Shown here piece after piece: positions 33,455 to 45,727 of a stretch of DNA of 55,822 bases. A program made the position numbers and the translations under genes. The DNA lies in assembly GCF_000281045.1 (NCBI RefSeq), contig NW_008246074.1:386400-442221 (forward strand), given 5' to 3'. The DNA is from Saprolegnia diclina VS20. Lineage: Eukaryota. The notes under the pieces are model-generated. The model ran no database searches, had not been told where the DNA came from, and saw only the letters and a program-made list of their open reading frames with translations. Each line of letters begins with the position of its first letter. The stretch's first letter is position 1.

Positions 33455-35146
33455 ATGCTGCTACTCTCGCGCTGCGTCGCGTGCCGAGACGACGCGTGCG
33501 ACTCGCCACGCATGGACAGCCTTCTTGGCCCGAGCTCGCCGTCGCGCCGCGACTTTGGCTACCAGACACTCAACTTGAGCTGCCGCGCGCCGTTCGCAGA
33601 GGCGCCGAGCGCGCGCGACCTGTACCGCGCGAGCCTGCAACAGCCTCGCCGCAGCACGGGCACGTCGCCGTTCTGGCTCGACCTCGACGTCGCGAGCCTC
33701 CCCGACGCGACGCGTGGGCCTTGCGAAACGTTTTGCCAGCCGCAAAACTGGTCGTCCGCGTTTGCATCGCCCTCGGACTTTACGCTCAAGGCGTACGAGG
33801 CCAAGCCGTCGGCTAAAGGGCGGTACGCGTACACGCTCGCGATCGTGAGCCTCGCCAAGCCCAAGGACGAGCCGCAAAAGGTATTGCGTCATGCGCCGAC
33901 ACCGCCCTACTCGCAGCCAACGTATGCGAACCACTACAACAAGTACGTCGTGCACCCGCGGCTCTGCGATGCGTTCTCGGCGGCGTGCCACTGGTCCAAC
34001 GCGTGGGTCAAGACCGAAAAAGTCCAGCACGTCGCCCTCGTGCGCAAGACGGAGGCCGACATCAAGGCGTTTGTCCACAATATGGCCTTCCGCCTGCCAG
34101 GCCACAACGTCGCTGCCATGTTCAAGCACAAGCTCTCCAAGACGAATTCGCTTGAAGCCCGCGCTGAAGCCGTCGTCGAAGTGCTCTCGTACATTCTCAG
34201 CATCTCACACCTCGGTGTCGACCGCCTCGTGCCGCTCAAGGAGCCTGTGCCGCAGGACATGCGCGTCCGGCTCTTCTTGGAGCTTTCATGGGGTGCTGGC
34301 GCTGGGCCGACGCCGACCGGCTCCAACTCGTGCGACGGCCGCCTCGAGTCGCGCGATCGGCTCGGCCTGCCCACCGAGTGGCTCATGGACATGCTCAAGC
34401 CGTCGGCGTCGGCGTTGGCGCTGCCGAACAAGTCTGTGCCGCCGCCCATGACGCTGCTGCCGCCGCCGTCGTGCACGCTCTACGTCCCGCCGCACGAGTG
34501 GCGCAAGCGGGCCAAACCCGGCGCGTTTACCGTCCAAGTCTCCCACATCCACGTGACAAATGCTGTCCAGTACACGCTGACGGTCCTGTACCATGATGCA
34601 TACGACACGCCCGGGTCGACGTCGGTGGCGCACCGGTACAGTGACTTTCACGCCCTCGCAACGCATCTCGAGGCCAAGACCGCGCTCCCCGTCGTCGCCC
34701 TCCTCCCGCCCAAGACGCTCTTTGCGTCCACGGACGTTCGGTTTGTCGAGCACCGGTCCGTCCGCCTGCAGCAGTTTCTCAATGCTGTGCTGGGCCTCTC
34801 CTTCACGGGGATGCTGGACCAGACCATCTCGATGGCCGCCGAACCGCGCGTCCGCAATTTCTTATCGCTGCCGGCGGTGCAGTGGAACGTCGTGCCCCAC
34901 GCGCACCCCGCGCTGGACCGTATGGACCGCTTCCGCGCCTTCTCCAACTCGCCCACCGTGTCGAGCTCGGCGTCGCCGGCGCGCAAGAAGCTCGCCGACG
35001 TCGAAAAGATGCTCCGTGACGCAGACCGTCATGACGGTGACGACGACGACGACGACGCGCACCAGCTCGTCGCGCTCGAGTCGTCGCCCTATTTTATGCC
35101 TCAGCGCGCGGCCAACCCGCCCGCTGTGCGCGCCGGCGCCGCCTAA
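33455..35146 (+). CDS. PX (phox homology) domain-containing protein
   Basis: Long intronless ORF with VQYTLTV...VAHRYSDFHAL...LPPKTLF...FVEHRSVRLQQFLNAVL. Start could also be the Met of MDSLLG. Confidence 0.82.
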   Translation: MLLLSRCVACRDDACDSPRMDSLLGPSSPSRRDFGYQTLNLSCRAPFAEAPSARDLYRASLQQPRRSTGTSPFWLDLDVASLPDATRGPCETFCQPQNWSSAFASPSDFTLKAYEAKPSAKGRYAYTLAIVSLAKPKDEPQKVLRHAPTPPYSQPTYANHYNKYVVHPRLCDAFSAACHWSNAWVKTEKVQHVALVRKTEADIKAFVHNMAFRLPGHNVAAMFKHKLSKTNSLEARAEAVVEVLSYILSISHLGVDRLVPLKEPVPQDMRVRLFLELSWGAGAGPTPTGSNSCDGRLESRDRLGLPTEWLMDMLKPSASALALPNKSVPPPMTLLPPPSCTLYVPPHEWRKRAKPGAFTVQVSHIHVTNAVQYTLTVLYHDAYDTPGSTSVAHRYSDFHALATHLEAKTALPVVALLPPKTLFASTDVRFVEHRSVRLQQFLNAVLGLSFTGMLDQTISMAAEPRVRNFLSLPAVQWNVVPHAHPALDRMDRFRAFSNSPTVSSSASPARKKLADVEKMLRDADRHDGDDDDDDAHQLVALESSPYFMPQRAANPPAVRAGAA

Positions 35147-36174
35147 TATAGTACTATAATATCTTATCTATTATAAACTACTAGATGCTACTTCATGGTC
35201 CAATTGGCACCGGTGTCGACCATATGCGGCGGCGAGACGAGCAACGTCACGTGACGTGCAGGACTACATGTTGTCGCCGCCCCAGCTGCGTGCGACATGT
35301 GCGTGTACAGTCTGTCGTTAGCTGCCGGTGTCCCAGCAACCAAGTCGAGCTATGCGACACGCCGCCGAAGTACAGCTTTGGGGTATCGACCAGCTGGTTA
35401 TTTTCTCTGCAATTGAGCAAACCCAGCGTTCGACCATCACTCTTGCGAGCGTATCCCGCGATCTTGACATGTCCTCGTGCCACGTCATTTATAAGCGGTT
35501 TGTATCGGACGGCACGAATGCTGGTCCTAGATTGTTTTCTCGATTCATAGCGAAGTGCAATATTGTGTTGATGCAAGCGGTGCAGGGTTCAAGCCCTGCA
35601 GGCGTTGGCCCATGCTTCTATTTCCCATTTATATTTGTGCACAAATAAATATATATATATGATCTGCAACAAGGTCGCGGTGTGCTTGCTATATCGTCGT
35701 GACAGCTGCAACAGCGCCTCCTTCGTCAACTACTACCGCCACGGCGTACCCTGTCGGCCGCTTGGCTTCTGTTCAGTGAGAGAATCTTCCTTCTTCATAG
35801 GCGGTTTGTATGAATACAAACTGCCCATGAATGACAAGTTTCGGACACTTTTCTCATCGCACACCATTGCTTGATACTCTCGAGGTGAATGATGGTTGAA
35901 CGCCTGGGAGAAGTGTCGGCTGGAGTTCACGACGGAGGCAGCACCGAGCTGCTCTCTCGACTTATTGGCCAGAGCAAGCTCGGTCCAACGCAAGCGATTG
36001 GCCAATGGCATCTCGCTCTCACAAAGCCAACTGTGCAGGGAGCCCGCCACGTGCACGTTGCTTTCAATCGCATCCTTTCTAGAACAACAGGCGTCTTTCT
36101 CTGACGACAAATACTGAGTGAAGGTGGCTTCAAAGCAAGTCGCACACAGTCGACCATAACCCAATTGCCCGAGA

Positions 36175-39117
36175 ATGACGCAAACCAACATCACGACGCC
36201 GACGTGGCAAGAGCTCGCAGGCGACAAGCCGGAACTCGACCTCTTCCTCGTCTGCGACACCACGGGGTCCATGGGCACCTACCTTCCGGCGCTCAAAGCC
36301 TCGCTGCGCCAAGTGTTTGCACTTGCCAAGCTCATGTACCACGACCGCCTCAAGGTGCACATCGTGTCGTACAAGGATTATTGCGACGGCGACCAAGTGC
36401 TTTCGTCCGTGAGCCGACGCCAAGGACGCAACGACGCGATCGTCAAGTTCGTCGACGACTTGCGGCCGACGGGCGGCGGTGACTGGCCCGAGGCTGTGAA
36501 AACCGCTCTCAACTTTGTCGTCGCGACCGTCGACGAGCTGCGGGCTCAGGCGGCGTCCGGGTCCGCCGTCGTCTTTCTCTACACGGATGCACCGCCGCAC
36601 CACGCGACGACGCAGTCCAACAATATGGCCAAAGAGAATGCAGCTATTGCTGCCAACCCGGCGTACCGTGCAGGCCACGACTGGTGCCGTATCCAAAAGA
36701 CACTGGGGGAGGCCAATATCCCCGTGTATACCTTTCACTCGCCACTTCGCAACGGCGCCAACGCCCATGCCTCGTCGTCGTTCTATGCACTGCTGGGTCC
36801 TGTTGTCCTCTTGCCGACGTTGTCATCGACAGTGATTACCAAAGCCACGATCGGACTGCTGCTCCAGCTCATGGACGAAGAGGTCGACGCGATACCCGAG
36901 TTTGCACGGACGTCGTACTTTCATGGGACGACGCCCTACGACGAGACACTGGCCGTGCCGACCGAGAACGACCTCGTCGACGACGACGCGCTGACGCCAG
37001 TTCGCATGCCTTTTCTCTTTGCGTCGATCCCGGCCATGCCCGAGCGCCTCGATGCACTCTTGCCGCTCTTCGCCCACGACGCTGGCTTCCGCAACCTCGT
37101 CATGAAGACGTTCGAGGTGATTTTCCGACCGGAAAACATTGCTGCCGTGACGTACAACCCGGTTTTTGGCAAACTGTGGCGGCTCGCGTGCCGCCAGCGC
37201 TTGGATCCGCGCTTGGACGACCTCACGACGCAGCTCTCGCGCTGCGTGGACGCGCTGCCGGCCGACGGGAAGGCCCTCGTGCAAGAATGGCTACTCGCAT
37301 CGTACGACGACTCGGCGCGCATCCAGGGACTCGTCGACGCCGCGCCCATCGGGTCCGTCTTTGTGATGGCGGCTGGTGCACCCACTGTCGCAAGCAAGCA
37401 CCTGCGGTCGCTCGCACGGGCGCCGACCGCCAGCGCCTTGGCCAGTGTCACGTCGATTTTGAGTCATCTGCAGCTGCACGCGACCGCCAATCTGGCGACT
37501 GAGGACGGCACACCATTGTACCTGCCGTCGACGCTCTCGAACGACGATGTGTTTGCGTGCCTCCCGCACCTCGTGTGCCCCGGGACGTCGTTCAGCCGGC
37601 GCGGCGCCGCGGTGCTTGCACTTCTGTGCTCTCTCTCGGACCATGTGCTGCTCAAAGCGCGTGCGGAGGCGTACTTGGCATCGATCCGCGGCTCGTGGTT
37701 GCCGTTCGAGCTCGTGATTGAGTTTCCCGAAATCGTGTCGCCCGAGTTCACCCAGCTCCTGTACCGTGGTCGGGCCTACTTGACCGAGAACGAGCAGGCC
37801 GTGTACACGCAGCTGTACCTCGTGCACCGGCTCCGGCGCGCGGCGACGAAGGACGTCGGCGTCACCCTCGGGTTCTCACCGACCAAAACGCAGCTGTGGC
37901 CGGACACCAAGGCGCGCTGCCGCGTCTGCACATACGAGACGAGCTATTCGCTCATGGTCGAGGCCGATCTGTGCGCCATGTGCGTCACGTACGGCGATGA
38001 CGCTCCGCGGCTCCAGGCCGAGACGGTCGTGGTTGGCGACACGTCGCACCTGGTGGAATGCGTCGACTGCCATGGCGTATACGCAGTACTGCAAGTGCAC
38101 CAGCTCGCGACGCACCCCAAGTGCTGGTACTGCCGAACGAACCAGTCGACACCAGCGCCCAAAATCGAGTGCCATACGTGTCTCAACAGCTACGTGGATC
38201 CCGCGGGGCTCTACAAGCAGCAGTGCCACGACGCCAACGGTGGTGGCTGGACGTGCCCCGTGTGCGTCACCGAGCCGAGCCGGAGCACAGAAGCGTCCCT
38301 CACGACTCTCTCAGCCTTTTTGAATGAGAACGCGGCGCTCGTCGAGCATTTTGGTTGGTCGCGGTCGCCGTCGGCCTTTCTGGCCATGGCGTTGGACCCC
38401 AAAATCTCGCTTCTCAAGGTTTTTACAACCAAGTACAACGACCTCATGAGCGCAACGGACGACTCGCCGTCGTCGACACCCGACATTCGGGTACGTGGGA
38501 AGCGCGCCCACGGCGCCGACGCGCTCACCGATGAAGTCCGCAGTATCGTGCTCACACATGCTCTTCGCGACGCGTGCAACCTCTGCTTTGAAGACGTTTC
38601 GCTCGCCGCCCTCCACTCGGCGTGCGGACGCTGCGCTACCAAGTGCTGCGAACCGTGCCTGTCGCGGTGGTACGGCGCCGTGCAGCCGGGCAAGATGGTG
38701 CTCCCGTCCACCCTCGGGTGTCCGTTCTGCCGTCGCCAGCCCACGCTCGGTGTGCTCCGCAAACACAACCGGCAGGCCTGTGCGCTCGTCGCCTCTAAAA
38801 TGACGTGGCGCGCAGACATGTACTATGGCTGGTGCCTTGGCTGCTACAAGGTCAAAGAGATGGGCGACCGCCACTGCGCCGTCGAGCCACCGGCCGACGT
38901 CGCGACGTTCCGCTGCACCGAGTGTGCCGACGGAGGATGCGAGCGAAACGTGTGCCCCGGGTGCTTTGTCGAGACCGAGAAGACGGGCGGCTGCAACCAC
39001 ATGACGTGCGTCTGCGGTCAGCACTGGTGCTTTGCCTGTGGTGCCGGGTTCACGACCGCCGACGACGTGTACGACCACTTGTACGAGGTGCACCGGGGCA
39101 TCGGCGACGACGCATAG
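36175..39117 (+). CDS. vWA-domain protein with zinc ribbons and a C-terminal RBR-type (RING/IBR/Rcat) ubiquitin ligase module
   Basis: LDLFLVCDTTGSMG, GGGDWPEAVKTAL, FLYTDAPPH; several CxxC pairs; RING CNLC...CGRC...CEPC...CPFC; CPGC...EKTGGCNHMTCVCGQHWCFAC. Intronless 980 aa. Confidence 0.85.
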   Translation: MTQTNITTPTWQELAGDKPELDLFLVCDTTGSMGTYLPALKASLRQVFALAKLMYHDRLKVHIVSYKDYCDGDQVLSSVSRRQGRNDAIVKFVDDLRPTGGGDWPEAVKTALNFVVATVDELRAQAASGSAVVFLYTDAPPHHATTQSNNMAKENAAIAANPAYRAGHDWCRIQKTLGEANIPVYTFHSPLRNGANAHASSSFYALLGPVVLLPTLSSTVITKATIGLLLQLMDEEVDAIPEFARTSYFHGTTPYDETLAVPTENDLVDDDALTPVRMPFLFASIPAMPERLDALLPLFAHDAGFRNLVMKTFEVIFRPENIAAVTYNPVFGKLWRLACRQRLDPRLDDLTTQLSRCVDALPADGKALVQEWLLASYDDSARIQGLVDAAPIGSVFVMAAGAPTVASKHLRSLARAPTASALASVTSILSHLQLHATANLATEDGTPLYLPSTLSNDDVFACLPHLVCPGTSFSRRGAAVLALLCSLSDHVLLKARAEAYLASIRGSWLPFELVIEFPEIVSPEFTQLLYRGRAYLTENEQAVYTQLYLVHRLRRAATKDVGVTLGFSPTKTQLWPDTKARCRVCTYETSYSLMVEADLCAMCVTYGDDAPRLQAETVVVGDTSHLVECVDCHGVYAVLQVHQLATHPKCWYCRTNQSTPAPKIECHTCLNSYVDPAGLYKQQCHDANGGGWTCPVCVTEPSRSTEASLTTLSAFLNENAALVEHFGWSRSPSAFLAMALDPKISLLKVFTTKYNDLMSATDDSPSSTPDIRVRGKRAHGADALTDEVRSIVLTHALRDACNLCFEDVSLAALHSACGRCATKCCEPCLSRWYGAVQPGKMVLPSTLGCPFCRRQPTLGVLRKHNRQACALVASKMTWRADMYYGWCLGCYKVKEMGDRHCAVEPPADVATFRCTECADGGCERNVCPGCFVETEKTGGCNHMTCVCGQHWCFACGAGFTTADDVYDHLYEVHRGIGDDA

Positions 39118-39464
39118 GCACGCTCATGTCGCGTCGAGCTTGTAATCGTGTAATGTATGCAAACGAAGTTATATGGCGCTATGTGGGGGTTCTAACCATA
39201 GCAGCTCTCGTCTTCTACAGTCGGTGCCCCGGGGCATAAAACGGTTTCATGACGTGGCATCACAGAGGAGGGAGGACCCACGGTGCGCCGAGAAGCCTCG
39301 CGCGACACGCCCGAGTGCATTCGCCAGGTGGACACATAAGTCCAAATTCTATCCTGCCTCGTTGAGATGACTGGGTCGACTCAGCAACACCCCCGCGCTG
39401 CCTGTCGCACTCGGGAGTAAAATAGCCACAGCGTGTAACTGATCCTGTTCATGGTCGCGGAAGC

Positions 39465-42400
39465 ATGAAGACCGAAGACGGGATCTGGGGCATGGAGTCG
39501 CTCTGGCGGCAGCGCGGTCCCAAGGCGGTCGTGGGGATCATCGACACGGTGCGTCGTCATACTGCCTCGTCCCACATGTCCTACCTTTCGATGGCAGGTG
39601 TTTCTGCACGACCGAAAGCCAGGTTACTGGTTCTTTACGTGCAAAACCGGCGAAGTGCTGCGCAAGAAGAAGCTCTCGGAGCTCGTTGAGCGCTTCGTGC
39701 GCATCGCACGCGCCAACGACCGCAACGTCCACGGCCACATTTGCGTCGCACGCCGCGCCGACGGCTCGGGCGTCGTCTGGGACCACGCGTCGTTCCTTCG
39801 AGCGCTCGATGCGCCACTCGATCCCGACATCATTGCGCTTCAAGTACCGCCATTCATTCTTCTCATTTGCATCAAGTGGATACGCTGTAGCCATTTGTGT
39901 GCAGTCGCGGCAGCCTCGGCGCATTGTATCGTGTCGACATGCGCGCGTCTTCGGACCGGGCGCGCCCGACCTTTGCAACGAACAAGATCGCGCAGCACCA
40001 AATGCAATCGGAAGAGCCAGTGATTGCACTGGACGTGCCGTCCCCGGGCGTCAAGTGCCACGCCAAGCCCATCAATGCCCGCTTGCATCAGATCACCATG
40101 ATGCTCAGTCGTCACATCGAGGTGGCCCCTCGGAATCAGATGTTATATGGACAATTTGTCTAGGAGGTTCACGGCTGCGCCGTCAAGGAGCTCACTGCCG
40201 ACTACCTCTTGGACGACGACGACCAGGTAGAGTCGCCGCATACGAGAGCAGCCAAGATGCACGGCATTAGATCTGGCTGGCGTGGATCCCGTCCGTGAGC
40301 TACGTCCGGACGAATCGACGAGTTGGCAGCGACCATTCCATCGACGTCGATGAGCCCCATGACGCGCTCGGTCGCACGGGCCAAGAAGCTGTGTTTGACC
40401 AAGCCGAGGATGCCATCGACCGCGCGCTGACACCGGCGACACACTTTAGTCTCAAACTCTCGACGCCGAGCGAGCCACCCCGGGTGTTTCCGACGCCGTT
40501 CAAGTGCAGCGGGGACTTTTGCGCCTACGACCTCGCGTCGCCTGCGCCTCTCATCGCGGACGTCGAGGTCAACGGTCTCCCGACCTCTCGCCGGAACGCG
40601 CACGCGCTCTTTGCGCCCGAGGCCGTCGCCGCGCTCGGGTACGCAAAGCTCCACGAGCTCCACGGCAACTCGGTGCGGCAGCTCGCCAACGCAGCGCCCG
40701 ACCGCTTGGAGTTTACGCTCACATACAAGTCGATCGCGCTGGCCAAGACCAACAAGCAGCGCCTTTTGGCGGCAACGACGGTGCCGGCGCCGAGCGGGCG
40801 CTCAAAAGCCTACTTGGCACCGACGGCCGCGACATCGATGCGAGCGAACCTGAGCAAACTCTACGGCGAGCTCGACGGCGGCACGGCGAATTACTACCGC
40901 CAAGTCAAAGTCTGCCGCCACTGCTTTGCCGTCTACTCCCTCCTCGACGCTGCACGGTGCGGTTCTGCGATCTTAATGTAAACTAGAGTAACGGAGTAGA
41001 CCGCTCTTGGACGCTCTTGCGTCCACCAACAACAACCACAACGAGGTATCTCCAAGCCATGACGACGTTGAGAAACGCGGGCGCGTCACCGGCCACGACA
41101 ACAACCCCAAGCTCCCTCGACTACCGTCCTCGAGTCCCCGGACAGGTACAAAATGCACCATCAAATGACGGTGGCGCAATAGTTGGAGTGTAGTCGACTC
41201 TGCGCTTCGAACGAGTGCAAGCATGCCGCAGCTGGGAAAAGCGCTGCCGAAATTATCGCCCACAAAGCCCAAGCCGTGGCACCCATCCAAAGATCAAGCC
41301 GACGTCACCAAGTCGTTCGAGGTACCTTGCTTCCGACCGCGTTGATAGTCGACCGTCTTTGCGTAGGACTTTGTCGGTCTCGATGGCTACTTGCGCGGGA
41401 AGGACCGGCGGCGCAAGCACAAACCGCTCCGTGAAAACACCTTGTTTCCTGGTGGTCTTCCCCTGAAGTCGGCGCCCGTCGCCGTCACCGCCAATACTGG
41501 TCCCTCTATCTTGCTCATCGACGCGGACCAAGATCGCATTCAGTGCATTTTGGACGCGCTCGACGCGTACGACGTGCAAGCGCTGTGCGACGGCGCGCTC
41601 GTACGCAGTTGCCACAGCCAAAACACCTTATGTAGCACATTGTAGGGCCTCAAGGAAGCCCAAGTCCGCCATTTCGACGTCATTCTCTGCCACCGCGACG
41701 CTCCGAGTATGCACGCACTCGAGTTTACGAAGCTCCTTCGGCAGCATGAGATCCAGCACAGCATTGCACTACATGCGCCCGTGCGGCGGTCGCCGGTCGT
41801 ATGCGTCACCGAGCACACGTCACCAGAAGACCTCCGCGCCTACATGGACGTGGGCATGGACGGGTGCCTCAGTTTGCCGCTCGATCTCTCGGCGCTGCGC
41901 CAAACGGTTGACGCAGCGATTGCGTCGATACCAAAGCCACCGGCGCCGGCCCCCACACTGCACGCGCTCGTGGCCGGTGCGAAGACGAGCATCGTTGCCG
42001 AGTCCAAGCGCCGACGCCCAACCAAACGAAGCTCGACAGTCGCGTCGGTGCATCCGTTCCCGGTGCCGTCGGCCACCGACGCTCGGACGTTTGCCGGTAT
42101 CTTCCAAATGGACGTCGACACGGCCATGCCATTTCTGATTTTGAATCGGCCGAGCGCTGCGCTCTCAACGCTCTTCAACCTCGTGGTCGTCCACGACGTC
42201 TTTGATACGCTGGAGCGTCTGCAGATCTTTCTGGCGCCAATTTTGCGCCGGTACGAAGCCGCACAGGTCCTCTTGTGGAACTACCCCGGCCAAGCAAGTA
42301 CAACGTGGCGCCCCGGCGTCGTGCTCAACAACGTCTACTTGGCGACATGCCTCCAAGCGCTGCTTCGCCACGGTACATGTTTCCGCCATTTTCACATTAG

Positions 42401-45400
42401 TCGATCTCTTTCTAGTGGGACCCGAGATTCTCGGCGAGTTCAAAGCCGCGCCTTTCCTGCTGCTCGGGTACGGCAACGGCGTTCCGATTGCGATCCAGTA
42501 CTGCGCACTCTCGCCGTCGCCGCAGCTTCGCGCCCTCGTCAGTGTCAACGGCTTTGCCCACGTCGACCCGACGCTCGCTGCCTTCTTCCACGACGCCCTC
42601 AAGGTGTTTGCTTGCTCGCCGGCGACGCGGCCGGACCTACCGGTGTACTTTCACGCCCGGTTTCTCTTCTCTGGTGCGTACTTGGCGACCGTCTCGACAC
42701 CGCTCGCTCTCAACTTGTACACGGCTGTGAGCAACTCGATCTCGCTCGAAGGTCGTGTTGCGCTCTGCTTGGGCGCGCTGAGCCACACTGACATGCGCGA
42801 CGCCCTCAAGAAGATCAATGTGCCCACGATCTTTGTCGCGGGCGCCCATGACGGCCTCGTGCAGCCCAAGCACGTCGAGACGTGCGTGGCCGCGCGCGGT
42901 GGGCTCGTCGACTCGATTCACAAGGCGCTCGTCCACCGGCGCTCCAAGGCGTGTGTCGTCTGGCTCGACGCCGGGCACGAAGTGTGGCAAGAGTGCAAGC
43001 CAGCGATGGCCACGTTCATCGAGCAGCTCATCACGGGCTTTCACGAGACGCACGACACGATCTTGCCGGCCACATCCACCTCAACGTCAACGTCAAGTGC
43101 AATCTCAAGTGCAACCTCAAGTGCAATGTCGAAATCCGCGCATGTGCCGCAGAGCTACGAAGACCATTTTATCAACAAGATCATGGGCACCATGAGCGAC
43201 GTCAAGGCCGCGCACCACGTTGGCGATGCGTCGTGGACGGCGTACCAAGAGGCCCACGCAAAGTCGATGCAATCAAAACTCAGTGCCAAGGCGGGTTCGA
43301 AGCTCGCACCAAGTGCGCTTCTCGACCTGACGTTCGATCCGACGGCCCCTGCGTTTGAGCGCGAGACCAACCGCATTTACAAGGCTGGCGACGGTAGCCG
43401 CATCTACCCAAGCAACCGCAAGGACGTCAAAGAGTACATGAACTGGCGCGTCCAGCGCAATGCGACACGGCTCACGCGGATGGACCGCGCCGCGCGGTCG
43501 ATCCAAAGAGCGTACCATGCGTACCGGGCGCGGACCCTCGCGCGCCGCGTCGCCCAGCACAAGGCCGCGCTTCGCATTCAACGCATCTACCGCGGCAGCA
43601 AAGGCCGGGTGCTAGCCGCCATTCGACGCAAGGAAGACTGGGCGGTCCGACTCGTCCAGCGCGCGTGGCGGGGCAAGGCAGGGCGGGATGTGTACGCCCT
43701 TCGAAAGCTGCAGCGTGCGAGTGCAATCGCGATCCAAGCGATCGCGCGCGGCTTCCTCGGCCGTCGCCGCGTGCGTCGCCTGCGCGCACGTCGGTATGCC
43801 TCCGCGTGCATCATGCAGTCGCTGTTTCGCCGGCTGTATGCGATCAAGATTGCGCAGCGCCGGCGTCTCGAGCGCACGTCGGCCATGGCGATTCAGGTTC
43901 GTTTGCTCGTTTTGAAAATGGCTAACGTGTGGTCGTAGCGCATCTACCGTGGCCGGCTCGGGCGCAAGCGATTCGCCGCAGAGAAGGACAAGTACCTCTA
44001 CTCGAAAGCGCAGTCGCAGAACATTGACTTTGGCAAGCAAATGCTGCTCGAGTACAAGCTCTATGGCACGCGTCTCCAGAGCGAAGTCCAACTGCTTCTG
44101 GATGAGAAAGGCCGGACCGAAGCGGCGGTTGATGCGCTGCTAAAGGAGATCTCTGAGTTTGAAGAAGGTGTCCACGTCCTCGAGACGGAGATGCATGCCC
44201 TTAGCAAGATTGAGACCGAAGCGACCGGTGTGCTCGACGAGCAAGCCAAGTGGCAGCTCCGTGAGCAAAAGATGCGCCTCGACCGCGAGTTTGGTCACAT
44301 GCTCAAGAAGATTGCGGACCGCCGCGAGAAGCTCGTCGTCCTCGGCGCGTCGCTCACGTCGCTCGACCAAGCGCGCCATGCGAAGGAAGAGGACCTGCGT
44401 GGCCTCGAGCGCAAGCTGCTCCTGCTTCTTGAAGACCAGCAAAAACAGCTGCAAGGTACCGTAGCATTCGAGACCTATGTATTGATCGACACACAGGCAT
44501 CAAAGCCAAGCAGGCGAAGCGATCACAAGTGCTTGTCGACATTGCGGGTGGCGTGACCGAGCCAGGGCCCTTGGGCGCCGATGGCGCCTGCCCGGTCGCC
44601 GGCCCCGCGTCAACTGTGAGCCCGGAGCAGCGCCAGGAAGCCAACGCACTCATGGAATCGACCGAGACCATGATGAAGTTTGGCTTCATGTCCATGTCCA
44701 TGACGTACTTTAGCAGCATGAACATGATCAAAGCCATGCGGCACATTGGCGCGCACCACACGTTCCTCGAGAGCGCGGCGGCCATCCATTCCCAAGCGAA
44801 TCCCACGTCGATGCTTGGCGCGCCGTCGCCGTTCCAAGCGAGCGCGCCGCCCGGTAGCTTCCCAGGGCAGCAGCCGCTGCTCGTGAGCGCGTGGAGCGTC
44901 CTCGACGTCGGTCGCTGGCTCGATACGATGGCGCTCGGCACGTACAAGCAAGCGTTCACCGATGGCACGGTCGACGGCGCCCTGCTCTACGACCTCAACG
45001 ACCACGTATACGACGTCTTTTCATTCGATCTGGCAGCGCTCTCGTGTAGGACCTGCGCTACTCGCTCGGTATCGAGCACGATCTTCACCGAAAAAAGATC
45101 CTCCAGGCCGTCGACCGACTCAAAGCGGCCGAGGGCAAGACCAAGGAGCGCTTGTACGCCGCCGAGTCACCGGCTCCGTCCGCATTGCCCGACGCAGCAC
45201 CAACCGTGGCGAGCGCTCCAGTCGCATCAACGACGACGGCTGCACCCCCAGTGCTCGCACCGGCGGACGTGGACCCTGGGCTGCCCAAGCTCGCAGTGCA
45301 ATTCGACGAGCTCTGCTCCATGGCGCGCAACGGCAAGCTGAAAGCGCTCAAAGAGGCATTGGCGCGCTGGCCCGACGTGCCCTTTGACAAGCTCAGCGTC

Positions 45401-45727
45401 AAAACGCAGTGCGTCCTCGGCGCCGGGACGATCTACGACGACAGCCTCGCGCGCCTCGCGTTCCATGTGAACTTGAGCGACGAGCATGGGAATACGCTTC
45501 TCATGCTCGCCGCCCAAAACAACGGGCTCAAGGTGGCGCAGTTCCTCGTCTCCAAGGGCGCGAACCCCAACCACCAGAACCACCAAGGCCAGACCGCCGG
45601 CCACTACGCTATGGCGTACAACTTCTTTGACCTTGGCGCGTGGCTCCTCGACCCGGACAAGGGCGGCGGCCGCGACGACCTGCCAAATATGCACGGCCTC
45701 ACCGCCTACGACGGCCTCGGGCAATAG
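39465..45727 (+). CDS. Giant multidomain protein: receiver-like, alpha/beta-hydrolase-like, IQ repeats, coiled coil, SAM and ankyrin repeats (about 13 exons)
   Basis: Twelve GT-AG introns of about 42-49 nt join all segments in one frame from MKTEDGIWG to AYDGLGQ-stop. Domain motifs are listed in findings. Confidence 0.78.

Noticed and set aside
35185..36170. Short ORFs upstream of the vWA-RBR gene
   Set aside because: No motif support and multiple stops in all frames; treated as intergenic.
2779..39117. Two deubiquitinases plus an RBR ligase as a possible ubiquitin gene cluster
   Set aside because: They are widely separated among unrelated housekeeping genes, and such families are numerous enough for chance co-occurrence.
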